Assembly (NCBI GenBank): GCA_002683515.1
Contig: NYTN01000011.1
Location: 1 to 37,815, forward strand
DNA from: Rhodobiaceae bacterium
Lineage (GTDB): Bacteria; Pseudomonadota; Alphaproteobacteria; RS24
Length of the DNA: 37,815 nucleotides
Reading direction: 5' to 3'
A program made the position numbers and the translations under genes. Shown here one piece after another: positions 28,166-36,471 of the stretch. Within the stretch, counting starts at the first letter, position 1; each line of letters starts with the position of its first letter. The notes beneath the pieces are model-generated. The model saw only the letters and a list, made by a program, of their open reading frames with translations. It did no database searches and was not told the DNA's origin.

Positions 28166-29131
28166 TCAGAAGTTTCTTGATTTTCCCAAAGGTATTCTGA
28201 GCCCGGGTAGGTTTGTGCTTTGGCTTTCATCATGTTTGAATTTGAATAGTTCAGCGGGTCTGCCTCGGGCTTTTGACATTTGTCCGGTTGGTTCCACCAA
28301 TTCATTTTTGGCTAACTGGCGTCGAAAATTTTGCTTATGCAATATAGCTCCCAATATAGCTTCAGTTGTTTTTTGAACATGCGTCAGTGTGAAAGCCGAA
28401 GGCATGAGTTCGAAAACAACGGGGCGATATTTCAATTTAGCGCGGAGACGGCTCATTGCCGTCGCGAGTATTCGACGGTGATCTAATTGCATGGTAATAC
28501 CATTTTGCGTTGAAATTTTTTCTTTTTGCCGACCATCCGCGTAGGCCTCCCAAACCAAGCCAGCCTCATACATTAATTCATATCTATCGAGGACAAACTC
28601 ATCATTCCATGCTTTATCGGGAAAGCCGAAAACCTGTTGGAGGCGGAGGCGACGTAATTCGTCAGAACCTGACCAGGCCTCAAGATAAGGAATAATTTGC
28701 TGGTTCAAGATATTTGGCCGCCCGTTTCGCCAGTCTTCCCATGGAAAATGTTTGTACCACTCACTCCATTGGTCCGGTTGAGGGCATTGTTTGCTCAACG
28801 CAAGATAGCCGACAGAAACAATATGTTCTTCTTCATTTTGACTGTCACCACCCTCTGGGCCTTCTGACCGTCTTCCTCTGTCGCCAAAGGTATAAAGCTG
28901 TTCAACATAGCCAATATCTAGGGCTGTTTGTTCAATAACCCATTGCCTAAGCCCAATCTCCATAGTGCGGTGTCGGTCAGGGTAAAATGGGCCAAAAGGC
29001 AAGCCTGGTGTTTGATGTTCAGAAACATCCGGCACAGTCAGGCAGACAGGTTGATCCCCACGCACGCTGACAATAGCGGCGCTCAAATCAATCAAAACGG
29101 AAGCGGTATGATTTTTATCCATGACATCCAC
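28166..29131 (-). CDS. nadQ: NadQ (COG4111) Nudix-like/wHTH regulator of NAD synthesis
   Basis: GYVEQLYTFGDRGR; DHRRILATAMSRLRAKLKYRPVVFELMP; LHKQNFRR; GRPAELF; adjacent to nadABC and the cognate box. Start is GTG 29131 or ATG 29122. Confidence 0.88.
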   Translation of the reverse strand: MDVMDKNHTASVLIDLSAAIVSVRGDQPVCLTVPDVSEHQTPGLPFGPFYPDRHRTMEIGLRQWVIEQTALDIGYVEQLYTFGDRGRRSEGPEGGDSQNEEEHIVSVGYLALSKQCPQPDQWSEWYKHFPWEDWRNGRPNILNQQIIPYLEAWSGSDELRRLRLQQVFGFPDKAWNDEFVLDRYELMYEAGLVWEAYADGRQKEKISTQNGITMQLDHRRILATAMSRLRAKLKYRPVVFELMPSAFTLTHVQKTTEAILGAILHKQNFRRQLAKNELVEPTGQMSKARGRPAELFKFKHDESQSTNLPGLRIPLGKSRNF

Positions 29132-29173
29132 ACTCTACAGGACTGCGGTAGATGTTTCAGCTAGATTTTCTTT

Positions 29174-30292
29174 TTAAGATTTTTTGACAATAATAGAGCC
29201 TGCGGAATAACCGGCGCCAAAACTGCAAATAACGCCCATGTCTTGTGATTGTATGTTGTCGTGATGCTTGTGAAAGCAAATCATTGACCCGGCAGAACTG
29301 GTATTCGCAAAATCTTGAAGCACATTTGGCTGTTCTTCCGGCGCTGGATCACGCCCGAAAATCTTTTTACCAATATAGTCATTCATATTTTTATTGGCTT
29401 GATGCAACCAAAGACGTCGAATGTCCTCAAGCTTTAGACCGGTTTCTGTTATGTGCGTTTCAATTAAATTAACAACCAATGGCAGAACCTCTTTAAAGAC
29501 TCGCCGTCCATCCTGAACGAATAATTTATCAGTTGCCCCAATACCTTCTGGTGCGGTGCGGTTTAGGAAACCAAAGTTATTTCTGATATTATTGGAGAAT
29601 TGGGTAAATAACTTGGTGCTGATAATCTCAAAAGCTTCATCAGATTGGCGTGTATCCTGTGCTTCGATAATCACTGCTGTGGCCACATCACCAAAAATAA
29701 AATGGCTGTCTCTGTCACGGAAATTCAAATGACCTGAGCATATTTCAGGGTTCACCATCAATACGCGCTTGGCACTGCCGGCCTTGATCATATCAGAGGC
29801 GACATTAATCCCAAAAGTTGCCGAGGAGCAGGCGACATTCATATCGAAAGCAAAGCCGTTAATACCAAGAAATTTTTGAATTTCAATTGCCATAGCCGGA
29901 TAGGCGCGTTGCATGTTTGAGCAGGCAACAATGACTGCATCTATATCGTCGGCGGTAAGGGAGGCGTCATCAAGCGCCTTTTCAGCCGCCTTGACGCCAA
30001 TTTCTGCTAAAACAGAAATCTCTTCATTGGTTCTCTCTGCAAGAACCGGCGCAAGCTTATCCGGGTCAATAATACCCGACTTGTTGAGGACATAGCGGCG
30101 CTCTATGCCTGACGCTTTAAAGATGAAATCACTACTGGAATGATCAAGCGCAGCAATTTTGCCTGAATCAATATCGGCTGCATGTGTGCTGTTATAATTA
30201 TCAACATATTGGTTAAACGCGATAACCAATTCGTCATTACTAATCTGCTCTTCGGGAACAAAAATTCCGGTTCCACTCATAACTGTTTGCAA
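29174..30292 (-). CDS. Beta-ketoacyl-ACP synthase III, long (PA3286/FabH2-like) type
   Basis: Cys-His-Asn triad in DMNVACSSA / LHQAN / FANTSSAG; N-terminal ISNDELV.AFN.YV insert; FRDRDSHFIFGD; TTG start with GGAGG RBS. Confidence 0.92.
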   Translation of the reverse strand: MQTVMSGTGIFVPEEQISNDELVIAFNQYVDNYNSTHAADIDSGKIAALDHSSSDFIFKASGIERRYVLNKSGIIDPDKLAPVLAERTNEEISVLAEIGVKAAEKALDDASLTADDIDAVIVACSNMQRAYPAMAIEIQKFLGINGFAFDMNVACSSATFGINVASDMIKAGSAKRVLMVNPEICSGHLNFRDRDSHFIFGDVATAVIIEAQDTRQSDEAFEIISTKLFTQFSNNIRNNFGFLNRTAPEGIGATDKLFVQDGRRVFKEVLPLVVNLIETHITETGLKLEDIRRLWLHQANKNMNDYIGKKIFGRDPAPEEQPNVLQDFANTSSAGSMICFHKHHDNIQSQDMGVICSFGAGYSAGSIIVKKS

Positions 30293-30360
30293 AATAAACC
30301 CTCCGCAATGAGACTACCATAAAGAGCATTGTGAAAATTGACCAGCAAATCTAACCTGTT

Positions 30361-30936
30361 TTAAAAATTTTCAGCAAGGCTTTTACATTTTTCTTGCTGA
30401 GGGCAGTCGATAAGGTGATCATTGACCATGCCGACAGCTTGCATGAAGGCATAGACAATCACCGGACCACAAAATTTAAAACCTGCCTGCTTGAGAGCCT
30501 TTGAAAGATCCCGACTGGCATCGGTCTGTGCTGGGATTTCTTGTGTCGTTTTGAAGGAGTTAATAAGAGGTTTTCCGTCGACAAATTGCCAACAGAAATC
30601 GTTAAATTCCTGCCCGGCATCGCGAAGATTTAAAAAGGCTTGGGCATTGCCGATGGTGGCTTCAATTTTCCCGCGATGGCGAATAATGCCTGCATCATTT
30701 AGGCATCGCTGGATGTCTTTATCTGTGTAACGCGCGATGATTTCAGGTTCAAAGTCATCAAACGCTGATCGAAAATTATCTCGTTTGCGCAAAATCGTTA
30801 TCCATGAGAGGCCGGCTTGAAAGCCGTCTAAAATAAGTTTTTCAAACAGGGCGCGTGAGTCGGTTTCCGGCACACCCCATTCGGTGTCGTGATAAGCGAC
30901 ATATTGAATATCCGTGCCAGGCCAAGTACAAGACAT
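30361..30936 (-). CDS. tag: DNA-3-methyladenine glycosylase I
   Basis: C.W...YHDTEWG; FQAGLSWITIL; GIIRHRGKI; FMQAVGMVNDHL..C (Zn ligands). Confidence 0.97.
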   Translation of the reverse strand: MSCTWPGTDIQYVAYHDTEWGVPETDSRALFEKLILDGFQAGLSWITILRKRDNFRSAFDDFEPEIIARYTDKDIQRCLNDAGIIRHRGKIEATIGNAQAFLNLRDAGQEFNDFCWQFVDGKPLINSFKTTQEIPAQTDASRDLSKALKQAGFKFCGPVIVYAFMQAVGMVNDHLIDCPQQEKCKSLAENF

Positions 30937-31751
30937 TAGTCTTGTGTTTCCTGAATCTGTAAGGCGATGTCATTGACGGTGAGGTTTTCTTCCAGACTGT
31001 CATCGCGCAATATCGCAAGCCCTTCCTCGCCTTGCCATGTGCAAATCTCACCAACCTGACGGTCGCCACTCATTATTTCATCCTGACAGGAAAATGCGTC
31101 ATGTGCCGAACATCTGTATAGCGACTTACGGATTTTGCCTCTGCGATAAGTGCGGGAGGTGACTTCTTGACCGACATAGCAGCCTTTTTGGAAATCTATA
31201 CCTGCCAACTCGTGTAGACCATATTCCAGCGGAAAAGCTTGGTCTAGTGGAATTTCATTGGAGCCTTGAGGAACTTTTAGGGAGATACGATGAGATTTAT
31301 ACATTTCTTCGGTTGCTGTTTCTGAAGCATTATCAAAATTCAAAGATGAGAATATATCCAAATCTGGGAGACGCAAACCCAGTCCTTTATGTCTTGGATC
31401 AAAGGGGAGGTCTTTAGCGATAGGCTCAGTGATATCACCCCATAAGCAAGTAACTGAGAGGTTTTTGAGAGAAATATCGACATCCGCCCGCAACTTATAA
31501 AGTTTGAGCTTTTTTTCCAGTTCAGTACTGCGAGGTTTTTCAACCTCAATCATAAACCCGTCCTCAAGGCGCCAAGCGATGAGGTCAAATACCACTTTTC
31601 CTTGGGGTGTCAGAAGGAGTGAATAAACAGGCTGACCCAGGGTTAATCCCGTCATGTCATTAGACAGAATACTCTGGAGAAATGCCTCAGACTCAGGACC
31701 GCAAACATTCAGGGCGCTACGGTCAGTTATTTCCAGTCGATTAAGTGTCAT
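30936..31751 (-). CDS. ygfZ: Folate-binding Fe-S maturation protein YgfZ/GcvT-like
   Basis: LLTPQGK; KLYKLRADV; signature KGCYVGQE. Confidence 0.95.
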   Translation of the reverse strand: MTLNRLEITDRSALNVCGPESEAFLQSILSNDMTGLTLGQPVYSLLLTPQGKVVFDLIAWRLEDGFMIEVEKPRSTELEKKLKLYKLRADVDISLKNLSVTCLWGDITEPIAKDLPFDPRHKGLGLRLPDLDIFSSLNFDNASETATEEMYKSHRISLKVPQGSNEIPLDQAFPLEYGLHELAGIDFQKGCYVGQEVTSRTYRRGKIRKSLYRCSAHDAFSCQDEIMSGDRQVGEICTWQGEEGLAILRDDSLEENLTVNDIALQIQETQD

Positions 31752-31926
31752 GCCTTTAACTCCCTTTGACGTCTTAAAATTTACTTTTCGTGATTGGCGA
31801 GTCGAAAAACGTCACAGAACAACGAACAAAGCTGGATAAATTCTTACTCTAATTGTAGCATATAATATAACGAAACGGCCTTACAAGATTGGCTCACCCA
31901 ACTGAAAAAAGAAAGAAATCACGCGC

Positions 31927-33261
31927 ATGAGCAAAAATTACGACAGCTTAATCAAAGGTGGCACTTTAGCTACGCATGAAAGTGCTGAACCCGTCGATAT
32001 TGCTATTAAAGACGGACAATTTGCGGCATTTGGCAGTTTCCTTGATAGTGAGGCTGCTGAGATTGCAGATGAAGTGATTGATGCGACCGGTTTGACTATT
32101 CTCCCGGGTGTGATCGACACACAAGTTCATTTCCGCGAGCCCGGATTGGGCGCAAAAGAGGATTTAGAGTCCGGTTCTAGAGCCGCAGTTATGGGCGGGG
32201 TTACTGCAGTTTTTGAAATGCCGAACACTAAGCCGCCGACAACTACAGCCGAAGCTGTCGCTGAAAAAGTATCTCTTGGTCAAGACCGCATGCATTGTGA
32301 TTTCGCTTTTTATGTTGGTGGTACACCTGATAATGCTGAGATGCTTCCTGAATTAGAGAAACTTCCTGGTGTGTGTGGTGTTAAGGTTTTTATGGGATCA
32401 TCCACTGGTAATTTGCTTGTCGCCGATGACGATGGGGTCGGGCGAATATTAAAGGCAATTAAAAGACGCGCCGCTTTTCACAGTGAAGATGAGTTCCGTT
32501 TGCGCGAACGTCGGGAGGAGGCGCAACTTGGAAAGGTTGAAACGCACCCTGTCTGGCGTGATGTGGAAACAGCTGTCTCCTCCACCCGCCGATTGATTAA
32601 TTTGGCGCGTAATGCAGGAAAACAAATTCATGTGCTCCATATCACAACAGAAGAAGAGATGATGATTCTTGCTGCCAATAGAGATATTGCTTCGGTAGAA
32701 GTTACACCTCAGCATCTTACATTGGCTGCACCGGATTGTTATCAAAGGCTTGGTACATTTGCCCAGATGAATCCTCCCATCCGCGATTCGCGTCACCGTG
32801 CTGCGCTCTGGAAAGCTTTAGAGCAAGGCATTGTTGATGTTGTCGGGTCAGACCATGCACCCCATACGCTCCAAGAAAAACAATCTGCTTATCCACATTC
32901 GCCTTCGGGTATGCCGGGGGTGCAAACAATCTTGCCGCTGATGCTTAACCATATGTCGGAGGGCAAGTTGAGCCTGCAAAGGCTGGTGGAGCTAACCAGT
33001 TATAATGCGCATAAGCTATTTGGTTTTGCTGCGAAAGGTGAGGTTAAAGTCGGTAATGATGCTGATTTGACATTTGTCGATTTGAACAAAACACAGACCG
33101 TGAATGAGGATTGGTTGGAAAGCAAATGTGGCTGGTCTCCTTTCACGGGAGAAGAGATTAAAGGTTGGCCCGTTGGTACAATAGTGCGCGGTAAGCGCGT
33201 CATGTGGGAGGCTAAACTCGTAACGCCATCTACCGGTCGTCCCATAGCTTTCAACTTTTAA
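31927..33261 (+). CDS. pyrC: Dihydroorotase (long amidohydrolase type)
   Basis: PGVIDTQVHFREPG; EMPNTKP; KVFMGSST; HVLHITT; MNPPIR; GSDHAPH. Confidence 0.9.
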   Translation: MSKNYDSLIKGGTLATHESAEPVDIAIKDGQFAAFGSFLDSEAAEIADEVIDATGLTILPGVIDTQVHFREPGLGAKEDLESGSRAAVMGGVTAVFEMPNTKPPTTTAEAVAEKVSLGQDRMHCDFAFYVGGTPDNAEMLPELEKLPGVCGVKVFMGSSTGNLLVADDDGVGRILKAIKRRAAFHSEDEFRLRERREEAQLGKVETHPVWRDVETAVSSTRRLINLARNAGKQIHVLHITTEEEMMILAANRDIASVEVTPQHLTLAAPDCYQRLGTFAQMNPPIRDSRHRAALWKALEQGIVDVVGSDHAPHTLQEKQSAYPHSPSGMPGVQTILPLMLNHMSEGKLSLQRLVELTSYNAHKLFGFAAKGEVKVGNDADLTFVDLNKTQTVNEDWLESKCGWSPFTGEEIKGWPVGTIVRGKRVMWEAKLVTPSTGRPIAFNF

Positions 33262-33270
33262 GGATAGGCC

Positions 33271-33729
33271 ATGCGCTGGCTATTTCTTTTAACTTGTCTA
33301 ATTTTTACCCCTTTATCTGCCCAGCCACAGAATTTACTGACGCTCACCATTGAATCAGAAACCAAACAGAAAATTGCCGACTTTAAAGTTGAATTGGCGG
33401 ATACACCGGAAAAAATGTCTCGCGGTTTGATGTACCGGACGACCTTGCCGATGGACCAAGGCATGTTGTTTGTCATGGCGCCGCCGCGTATTGCGACCTT
33501 TTGGATGCATAATACATTTGTGCCATTGGATATGATTTTCATTCGGTTGAATGGAGAGATTGAGAGCATTGTAACGCGTGAGGATACCTTGTCGCAGGAG
33601 CGGACGCGCTCCCAAAAACCTGTAGCCTATGTGCTGGAGATTAATGCGGGACAGTCTAGGGTTCTTGGAATTAAGCCAGGGCATTTTATCCGTATCGGAA
33701 CCGGCAGGAGAGCCGGAGGAAGACGCTAA
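33271..33729 (+). CDS. DUF192-family exported protein
   Basis: Signal peptide; VELADTP...RGLMYR...GMLF...FWMHNTFVPLDMIFI...YVLEINAG. Confidence 0.93.
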   Translation: MRWLFLLTCLIFTPLSAQPQNLLTLTIESETKQKIADFKVELADTPEKMSRGLMYRTTLPMDQGMLFVMAPPRIATFWMHNTFVPLDMIFIRLNGEIESIVTREDTLSQERTRSQKPVAYVLEINAGQSRVLGIKPGHFIRIGTGRRAGGRR

Positions 33730-34469
33730 TGTGTGGTCGCTACGCTATGGAAACCCCGCCAGAGGTTTTGAAGCAGCTTTTGCCTTTTGCTAATTCCCCG
33801 AATTTTCCGGCATCTTATAATATCGCCCCTAGCCAACCAGTTCCAATAATTCGCGACTCCGCGCTGGTGAGTGGCGCAGGGCAACATGAATGTGTCATGG
33901 TACAATGGGGGCTGGTGCCGAGCTGGATGAAAGCAGACAAAATTGCCGATATGTCGAGCCGCCCGCAAATCAATGCCCGAAGCGAGACCGTTACAGAGAA
34001 ACCTTTTTTTAAGTCAGCGTTTAAATCTAGGCGATGCTTGTTTCCAGCCGATGCGTTTTATGAATGGTATCGAGGTGGAAAAGGCAAAAACCAGCCATAT
34101 TGTATCCGGCGGCAGGATGAAACGCCCTTTATGATGGCGGGTATCTGGGAGTTTTGGCAGGGCGCTGATGGCAGTGAAATCGAAACTTGCGCTATATTGA
34201 CTGTTGGTGCCAATGAAACATTATCTGCGATACACCATAGAATGCCGGTCATTCTAGAGGCGACCCATTGGGCGGATTGGCTTGATACCCCTGCCGCTAA
34301 ATCCGACAGTTTACGCTCTCTGCTTCAATCTGCCTCGGAAGCAGATTTCAAAGCCTATCCGGTGTCTGAAGCGGTCAATAAAGTTGCCAATAATGCGCCA
34401 GAGATGCTGGAGGTTGCCCCAGAGATAGACAATAGCGACACACCAGATGCGCAATTTGATTTATTTTGA
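33729..34469 (+). CDS. SRAP-family (YedK/HMCES-like) abasic-site processing protein
   Basis: N-terminal MCGRY (Cys2); YNIAPSQ; WGLVPSW; INARSET; RRCL.PAD.FYEW; IHHRMPVIL. Confidence 0.96.
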   Translation: MCGRYAMETPPEVLKQLLPFANSPNFPASYNIAPSQPVPIIRDSALVSGAGQHECVMVQWGLVPSWMKADKIADMSSRPQINARSETVTEKPFFKSAFKSRRCLFPADAFYEWYRGGKGKNQPYCIRRQDETPFMMAGIWEFWQGADGSEIETCAILTVGANETLSAIHHRMPVILEATHWADWLDTPAAKSDSLRSLLQSASEADFKAYPVSEAVNKVANNAPEMLEVAPEIDNSDTPDAQFDLF

Positions 34470-35423
34470 AGCAGCGGCGCGTTCCAGCCTGTCATTAATC
34501 GCTGCGCCAAGGCCCTCATTAGGTATCGGCATCACCGCTATGCGGGGGGTTTTTGTATCAAGCTCGTGCAAATGGGTGAAAAGATTTGCGGCGGCCTCTA
34601 TCAGATTTCCTGAAGAGCTGAGATTAAGGCACAGGTTCTCACATGGAGGTACATCCTTGCCGAAAGCGAGTAACCCCTCATCTTGTTCGACAGTTACAGC
34701 GTTGAGGCGCAGTCCGGCTTGAGGGGCGTAATGCCTTACCAGCCGACCAGGTGCGAGTTGTGCTGTTTGGCTATCATCTTCAGGTAAGAAGTTCAGCTTA
34801 AACCCAAGAGTTTTTTCGAGTTCACTTGGGTCCAGACTGCCGCGACGAAGCAGGACAGGTTCTTCTTGAAGACACCCGATAATGGTCGACTCCAACCCTT
34901 TGGCACAGGCACCGCCATCTAGAATGGGGAGGTTGGGGAAATCTTTCGCTACATGACTAGCCTGAGTTGGGCTGAGTTGGCCTGACTTATTGGCGCTGGG
35001 CGCAGCTAGAGGGCATTGTGCCGCCGTCAATAACTCTTGCGCGACTGGATGTGCTGGTACGCGAAGGGCTAGGCTCGGCAAACCTGCCGAGGCCAGCAAG
35101 CTGACCTCATTGTGAGAGGCGTTATTTGAACGGCGGGGGACAACCAGCGTCAAGGCACCTGGCCAATGCATTAAGGCAAGTGATTTGGCAATCGGAGAGA
35201 AGATACCCAGCGTCTCAGCTTGTGCGAGGTCGCGGACATGAACAATTAAGGGGTTGAATTGAGGGCGGCATTTAATCTCGAAAATTTTGGCTACAGCCTC
35301 ATCATTTCGCGCATCCACGCCAAGGCCGTAAACCGTTTCTGTCGGAAAGGCCACAGGCTTTCCAATGCTAATGACGGTTGCAAGCTTATATATATTTTCG
35401 GCACTTGCCGGAAACACGCTCAT
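34461..35423 (-). CDS. tsaC: Threonylcarbamoyl-AMP synthase, two-domain Sua5 type
   Basis: AFPTETVYGLG; K.RPQFNPLIVH; AAPSANKSG; GLESTI; linker APG...HYAP; Sua5 domain AAANLF...GLGAAINDRLERAA. Confidence 0.96.
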   Translation of the reverse strand: MSVFPASAENIYKLATVISIGKPVAFPTETVYGLGVDARNDEAVAKIFEIKCRPQFNPLIVHVRDLAQAETLGIFSPIAKSLALMHWPGALTLVVPRRSNNASHNEVSLLASAGLPSLALRVPAHPVAQELLTAAQCPLAAPSANKSGQLSPTQASHVAKDFPNLPILDGGACAKGLESTIIGCLQEEPVLLRRGSLDPSELEKTLGFKLNFLPEDDSQTAQLAPGRLVRHYAPQAGLRLNAVTVEQDEGLLAFGKDVPPCENLCLNLSSSGNLIEAAANLFTHLHELDTKTPRIAVMPIPNEGLGAAINDRLERAAASK

Positions 35424-35425
35424 GC

Positions 35426-36385
35426 CTATTTTCGTGTCGCAGCTGATTGTGACGCGGTGTCGCGAATATCACGCGACAGAGGTGTGGCGTTTCGATTATG
35501 CAGAGATAATAATTTAGTTGCCAGGTTTGACGGCAAAATGTTCACAACGGTCCCGAGAATTTTATAAAACAGACCATTCACAATAACCGGCCCTTTGTTT
35601 TCCATCACGGACTCATAACTTTTACGGCACACATCCGGTCCTGTCAGCCACATGAATTTCGGCAGGCGATTCATTTGCTCACGGTTGCCCGCAATATCGT
35701 GAAATTCGCTTAATACAAAACCTGGGCAGAGCGCTTGTACATGAATACCTTTCTCATGATATTCGGCAGAGAGAGCCTGTGAAAATTTAATTAGATAGCT
35801 TTTTATAGGACCATAAAGTGTGCCGCCAGGAGAACCTGGCAAAAGGCCTGCAACGGACGCCATATTGATAATACGCCCATAGCCGCGTTCCGCCATGCCG
35901 ACACCTATTAAGTGACAGAGTTCTGTCGGTGCTGTCAGCATGGTCTGAAGCATATCGGCATGAGATTGCCATTTTGCCATGTCAAAATTACCTGGAACTG
36001 TATAGCCGGCATTATTGACCAGAAAATCAATATTCAGGCCCTCTTTAGTGATTTTTTCTACCAATCGCGTTGGCGCGCGCGGATCACTGAGATCTTCAGG
36101 AAAAATATGGATATTCACACCGTAAGAGGTTTCCAGCCTGTCAGCCAGAGATTGCAATCTGTCTTTGCGGCGGGCTGTTATGATCAAATCAAAACCTTGT
36201 TCAGCTAGCAGAGTTGCATAATCATGTCCGATACCTGCTGAAGCACCAGTAATAAGTGCCCTTCGCCTGTTCAGTCTCTTTTGGGGTTTTCCGACCTTTG
36301 TTTTTGATGTTTGGCGAGCTTTTTTTGTCACCGTTTTTTTCGCCGGTGTTTTGGTATGTGCCTTAGCTGTTTTTTTCTCTGCCAT
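35426..36385 (-). CDS. Short-chain dehydrogenase/reductase with Lys-rich N-terminal tail
   Basis: ALITGASAGIG; ARR; LVNNAGY; catalytic S and YGPIK; ALCPG. Confidence 0.92.
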   Translation of the reverse strand: MAEKKTAKAHTKTPAKKTVTKKARQTSKTKVGKPQKRLNRRRALITGASAGIGHDYATLLAEQGFDLIITARRKDRLQSLADRLETSYGVNIHIFPEDLSDPRAPTRLVEKITKEGLNIDFLVNNAGYTVPGNFDMAKWQSHADMLQTMLTAPTELCHLIGVGMAERGYGRIINMASVAGLLPGSPGGTLYGPIKSYLIKFSQALSAEYHEKGIHVQALCPGFVLSEFHDIAGNREQMNRLPKFMWLTGPDVCRKSYESVMENKGPVIVNGLFYKILGTVVNILPSNLATKLLSLHNRNATPLSRDIRDTASQSAATRK

Positions 36386-36471
36386 TCGGCGCCCTTTTGT
36401 TAACTGAGATGTTATATGCTACATAGGTTTGCAGATTTGGGCAATCGACCCTTCAACCCAAGGATAATGAA

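Noticed and set aside
31806-31831. GAAC repeats upstream of pyrC-DUF192-SRAP as an SOS box
   Set aside because: The two GAAC are 3 nt apart, not 7.
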